Shown here piece by piece: positions 60,492 to 64,000 of a DNA stretch of 64,000 nucleotides. The notes under the pieces are model-generated. The model ran no database searches. It was not told where the DNA came from and saw nothing but the letters and a program-made list of their open reading frames with translations. The first letter of the stretch is position 1; each line of letters opens with the position of its first letter. The DNA lies in the NCBI GenBank assembly GCA_963783385.1, contig CAWANJ010000009.1, forward strand, positions 800,001 through 864,000. Direction: 5' to 3'. Position numbers and translations under genes: made by a program. This DNA comes from an uncultured Gemmatimonadales bacterium (lineage in GTDB: Bacteria > Gemmatimonadota > Gemmatimonadetes > Palauibacterales > Palauibacteraceae).

Positions 60492-61016
60492 TCAGGCCGC
60501 CGTCCCGCCGGGGACGAGCCGCACTCCGGCTGCCAGGGCATCGTCGAAGGCGATCTCGGCGTGGTCCACCCGGACGATCCACGCCGGATAACGCTGCACG
60601 ACCTCCACCGCGACGCCGGGGAGTACGCCCAGACTCGCCAGGGCGCGGCCCTCGGCACTGGCGGGATCCTCGAGACCCGCCACGGTGGCGCGCTCTCCGG
60701 GCTGGAGCTCGAGCAGGGTGCCGGGGGCGCTGACACGGCGGCGGGCCCCGAGGCCGGCCACGAGACGGCGCAGGAAGCCGCCACCTTCCCGCCGGCCCTC
60801 CCGTGCCCTTCCCCGCTCGATCCAGGCCGGCTCGACGGGGTTCTCGTAGCCGCAGTGGGGACAGCGGACGTAACGGCAGGCTCGCGCCAGGGGGCAGCCC
60901 GCGCAGACGGGCTGAGCCCGATCCTCGCGGAACCGGCGACCGCAGAGCCCACATTCCACCTGGCGACCGCCGTGGCCGGAAGCAATCGACGCGGAAGCCG
61001 GCGACGAGCCGTTCAC
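60492..61016 (-). CDS. feoA: FeoA-domain protein with N-terminal 7-Cys domain
   Basis: CGLC..CAGC..C..CPHC, then LLELQPGE...LASLGVLPG..EIA; GTGA overlap with feoB. Confidence 0.8.
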   Translation of the reverse strand: MNGSSPASASIASGHGGRQVECGLCGRRFREDRAQPVCAGCPLARACRYVRCPHCGYENPVEPAWIERGRAREGRREGGGFLRRLVAGLGARRRVSAPGTLLELQPGERATVAGLEDPASAEGRALASLGVLPGVAVEVVQRYPAWIVRVDHAEIAFDDALAAGVRLVPGGTAA

Positions 61017-63073
61017 AGGCCGATCCCCCGCAGCGCAAGGTTGAGCACGAACCCGACCCCGAACGCGAACGTCACGGCGAACGCGAAGATCCCGGCCGCG
61101 ATCTTCGGCCCCCTCTCCTTCCACATCATGAGGAACTGCGCCACGCACGGGACGAACAGCGTGAGCGTCACCGCCGACACGAGGAGCCCGACCGTGTCCA
61201 GGACCCCCGTCCGCTGAAGCTCGTACAGGCCCGCGGCCCCGTAGTCGCGCCGGAAGAACCCGAGGAGGAACACCGATGCCGTCTGCCGGGGGAGGCCCAG
61301 CGCGGCCACCATCGGGTGGAGAAGGTTCAGGACCCGGTCCAGGAGCCCGGTGACCTGTCCCGCCCACAGGAGCACGCTGGCCAGCATGAACAGCGGAATG
61401 ACCTCCAGCAGGTACCAGTGCAGGCGCGTGGCGGTCTTCCGGACCACGTTGGAGGCGCGCGGCACGCGCAGGGGCGGGAGCTCCATGTGGAAGGCCGCCG
61501 ACCGCCCCGGCAGGACCCTCGCCCCCACCGCCCCGATCAGGAGGAAGGTGCCGGCCAGGACCGCCACCCACAGCCCGAGCGCGACCGGCTGTCCCGAGAG
61601 GATGGCCAGGATCACGCCGAGCTGGGCCGAGCACGGTATCGCCAGGGCGAGCAGGACCGTGGCCAGGATCCTCTCACGCCGGGTCTCGAGCGTCCGGGCG
61701 ACCATCGTGGCCATGGTGTCGCACGCGAACCCGAGCACGATGGGAATCACCGCCCTCCCGTTGAGGCCGAGCCGCTTGAACAGCCGATCCACGAGCAGGG
61801 CCAGCCGGGGCAGGTACCCGCTGTCCTCGAGCACGGAGAAGAACAGGAAGAAGGTTGCGACGATCGGCAGGATGATGGCGATCGCGTAGCGGAGGCCCAG
61901 GGTGAGGAGCCCGTAGTCGCCCACCCACAGCCCCCGGAGCCACGGCCAGGGAATGCCTCGGAACAGGCTCTCCAGGAACGGATTGACGCGGCCCAGGAAC
62001 AGGGAGCGCTCCAGCCAGTCCACCAGGGTGCCGGCTCCGAAGTGCCCCACGAACTCGTACAGACCCAGCCACAGGACGACCACCAGGACGGGGATGCCGG
62101 GCAGCGGCCGCGCCAGCCAGCGGCCGAGTCTCTCCGCGACCCTGACCCGACGTTCACCCGTTCTCTCGAGCACGTGCTCGGCCAGGGACCGAGCCACCTC
62201 GTGACGCTCCACCGCCGACCGGTAGGCCGTCCCGTCCTGCGTCCCGGCCGCGACCTCCCGGATCGCCTCTCCCGCCCGCCGTCCTCCATCCGTCTCGGTG
62301 GCCTCCACCATCGCTTGCGTCTCTTCGTCCGCCTGGAGGAGGAAGGAGGCGACCGCTCGCCGCGGCATGGCATAGCGGCCGGACAGGGCACCCGTCACGG
62401 CCTCGACCGCCACGGCCACATCGGGTCGCCGCCGCACCGGCTCGGGCGCCTCGCCCGCGCGGATGGCCCGGAGGATCGCCCGCTCCAGCTCCGTCACCCC
62501 CTCCCCGGTCACCGCCACGATCGGGACGACATCCAGGCCCAGCCGCAGGGCGAGGAGGTCCGGCCGCAGCTCCAGGCCGAGCGGATCGAGCTCGTCCACC
62601 ATGTTGAGGGCGAGGACGAGGGGCTTCCCGAGCTCCATGAGGTCGAGCGTGAGGGGGAGGGACCGCGCCACGCAGCGGGCCTCGACGACGTGGACCAGCG
62701 CGTCGATGCCCTCCTCGAGCACCAGGCGCCGGGAGACGCGCTCCTCCTCGGTGGTGGGCGACAGCGAGTACAGACCGGGCGTGTCCACCACGCGCGCGAC
62801 GTGCCCGTCCAGCCGACCCACGCCGTAGGTCACCTCGACCGAGGTCCGGGGATAGTTGGAGACGGTGACGTACCGCCCGGTCAGGCGGTGGAAGAGGGTG
62901 CTCTTCCCCACGTTGGGGGCCCCCACGAGGGCCACGCGCCAGGCGGCCTCCTCCGGCGCGCTCCCCGACGGGATCGGCGCGCTTCGCCGGGCCCGCGGCG
63001 GGGAGCACATGGGACACGCGCCCGATTCCTCGAGGGCGGTCCGTGCCATCGGCGCGTTCGGTCGCAGGCTCAT
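61013..63073 (-). CDS. feoB: Ferrous iron transporter FeoB
   Basis: GAPNVGKS, NYP, DTPG, NMVD, LEDSGY, IPCSAQ, MELP; start uncertain. Confidence 0.95.
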   Translation of the reverse strand: MSLRPNAPMARTALEESGACPMCSPPRARRSAPIPSGSAPEEAAWRVALVGAPNVGKSTLFHRLTGRYVTVSNYPRTSVEVTYGVGRLDGHVARVVDTPGLYSLSPTTEEERVSRRLVLEEGIDALVHVVEARCVARSLPLTLDLMELGKPLVLALNMVDELDPLGLELRPDLLALRLGLDVVPIVAVTGEGVTELERAILRAIRAGEAPEPVRRRPDVAVAVEAVTGALSGRYAMPRRAVASFLLQADEETQAMVEATETDGGRRAGEAIREVAAGTQDGTAYRSAVERHEVARSLAEHVLERTGERRVRVAERLGRWLARPLPGIPVLVVVLWLGLYEFVGHFGAGTLVDWLERSLFLGRVNPFLESLFRGIPWPWLRGLWVGDYGLLTLGLRYAIAIILPIVATFFLFFSVLEDSGYLPRLALLVDRLFKRLGLNGRAVIPIVLGFACDTMATMVARTLETRRERILATVLLALAIPCSAQLGVILAILSGQPVALGLWVAVLAGTFLLIGAVGARVLPGRSAAFHMELPPLRVPRASNVVRKTATRLHWYLLEVIPLFMLASVLLWAGQVTGLLDRVLNLLHPMVAALGLPRQTASVFLLGFFRRDYGAAGLYELQRTGVLDTVGLLVSAVTLTLFVPCVAQFLMMWKERGPKIAAGIFAFAVTFAFGVGFVLNLALRGIGL

Positions 63074-63274
63074 GTCTCGGATCGACCCGCTCCCCGGAGA
63101 AGAATGAGACCCGGTATCATTGACTCCAGGCTAACGCCCGAGCCGGGGACCGTCTGTAGGGCTTGCTCCTTGCACGCGCGTGGTCGCCCTCCGAAAATCG
63201 GTGTGGGGAATCCCCCCTCGGCCCCCCACGGGGGGACCGTTCCGACAGCGGGAAGAGGGTTTCTTACGACTTGA

Positions 63275-63295
63275 CTGTAGGGCGTTTCCCTACAG
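63275..63295. promoter_or_regulatory. Palindromic operator candidate CTGTAGGG-CGTTT-CCCTACAG
   Basis: Perfect 8-5-8 inverted repeat between feoB and the cyc2-like gene; near-match at 63203-63219. Confidence 0.6.
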
Positions 63296-63388
63296 CACAC
63301 GCAGATAGGGTAGGGTAGATCGGTATACCGAGAGGCGGGACCGGCAGCGGCCCTGCATGGCGCCTACGACGCCGGAAGGAGAAGGCAC

Positions 63389-64000
63389 ATGTTCAATAAG
63401 TTGAGGAGTTCCGCCATTTTGGGCGGGCCACTCTCGTTGGTCGCGATCCTGGTACTCGCCGGGGCACGGACGGGCGAAGCCAGCGTGTCGGCCGGAAAGG
63501 CCATGTCACTCAAGGACGTTCCGATTCCGAGCTTCTCCCGTCAGACCGGCCTGGCCTGCTCGGCATGCCACACCGCGTTTCCGCAGCTCACCCCGTTCGG
63601 TCGCCAGTTCAAGCTGGACGGCTACACCATGATGGGCGGTGAGCAGAAGGTCGAGGCCAAGAAGAAGGACGGCGGCACGTCGCTCCAGCTGGGCGTCATT
63701 CCGCCCCTGTCCTTCATGCTCCAGAGCGCGTACTCGGTCGTGAACACGAAGGTACCCGACACGCAGAACGGCGACCTTCAGTTCCCGCAGGAGTTCAGCG
63801 TGTTCGTCGGCGGCGAGATCGCGCCGAAGCTCGGCTCCTTCGTTCAGATTACGTACGACCCGGAGGGCGCGGCGCTCGGCCTGGACAACACGGATCTCCG
63901 CTTCGCGACCCACAGCTCCCTGGACTCGAAGGACCTGACGCTCGGCCTGACGCTGAACAACAATCCGACGGTCGAGGACCTGTGGAACTCGACCCCGGCG
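63389..64000 (+). CDS. cyc2: Cyc2-like fused monoheme cytochrome c-porin (5' part, runs off the window)
   Basis: Not in the ORF track. Manual translation from ATG 63389 (RBS AAGGAG) gives a signal peptide, then IPSFSRQTGLACSACHTAFPQLTPFGRQFKLDGY and NNNPTVEDLWNSTPA. Confidence 0.85.
   Translation, partial: MFNKLRSSAILGGPLSLVAILVLAGARTGEASVSAGKAMSLKDVPIPSFSRQTGLACSACHTAFPQLTPFGRQFKLDGYTMMGGEQKVEAKKKDGGTSLQLGVIPPLSFMLQSAYSVVNTKVPDTQNGDLQFPQEFSVFVGGEIAPKLGSFVQITYDPEGAALGLDNTDLRFATHSSLDSKDLTLGLTLNNNPTVEDLWNSTPA

Noticed and set aside
63074-63388. Fur or FNR box upstream of feoB/cyc2
   Set aside because: No GATAATGATAATCATTATC-like or TTGAT-N4-ATCAA match found by eye

Overview
Very GC-rich bacterial window. 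Its gene content (GWxTD-like, DUF4384-like, DUF3108 and PD40-BamA proteins) is suggestive of Gemmatimonadota, which is an inference. After about 17 kb of envelope, peptidase and stress genes, it is largely an energy-metabolism island with five parts. (i) A membrane-bound group 1 [NiFe]-hydrogenase operon (hyaABCD-hypABFCDE) ends in a formyltransferase plus crotonase pair that looks like a split HypX. It also has a HypA without a Zn finger and a divergent HypF without the acylphosphatase domain. (ii) A divergently transcribed, complete A/V-type ATP synthase operon. (iii) Two divergent multiheme-cytochrome operons (about 85 heme-binding motifs in the whole window). They include a porin-cytochrome conduit, a canonical Rieske/cytochrome b module, and a paralogous module whose Rieske protein has lost all four Fe-S ligands and whose cytochrome b lacks PEWY. 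A ~22-heme NapC-like protein and a split CbcL-like pair follow. (iv) An ECF sigma factor with a zinc anti-sigma-MGMT fusion. (v) feoB/feoA divergent from a cyc2-like cytochrome-porin that runs off the right edge. A GTNGGG-N5-CCCNAC palindrome recurs in all three divergent promoter regions. Six single-base frameshifts at short homopolymers are probably sequencing errors. No rRNA, tRNA, CRISPR array or mobile element was recognised.
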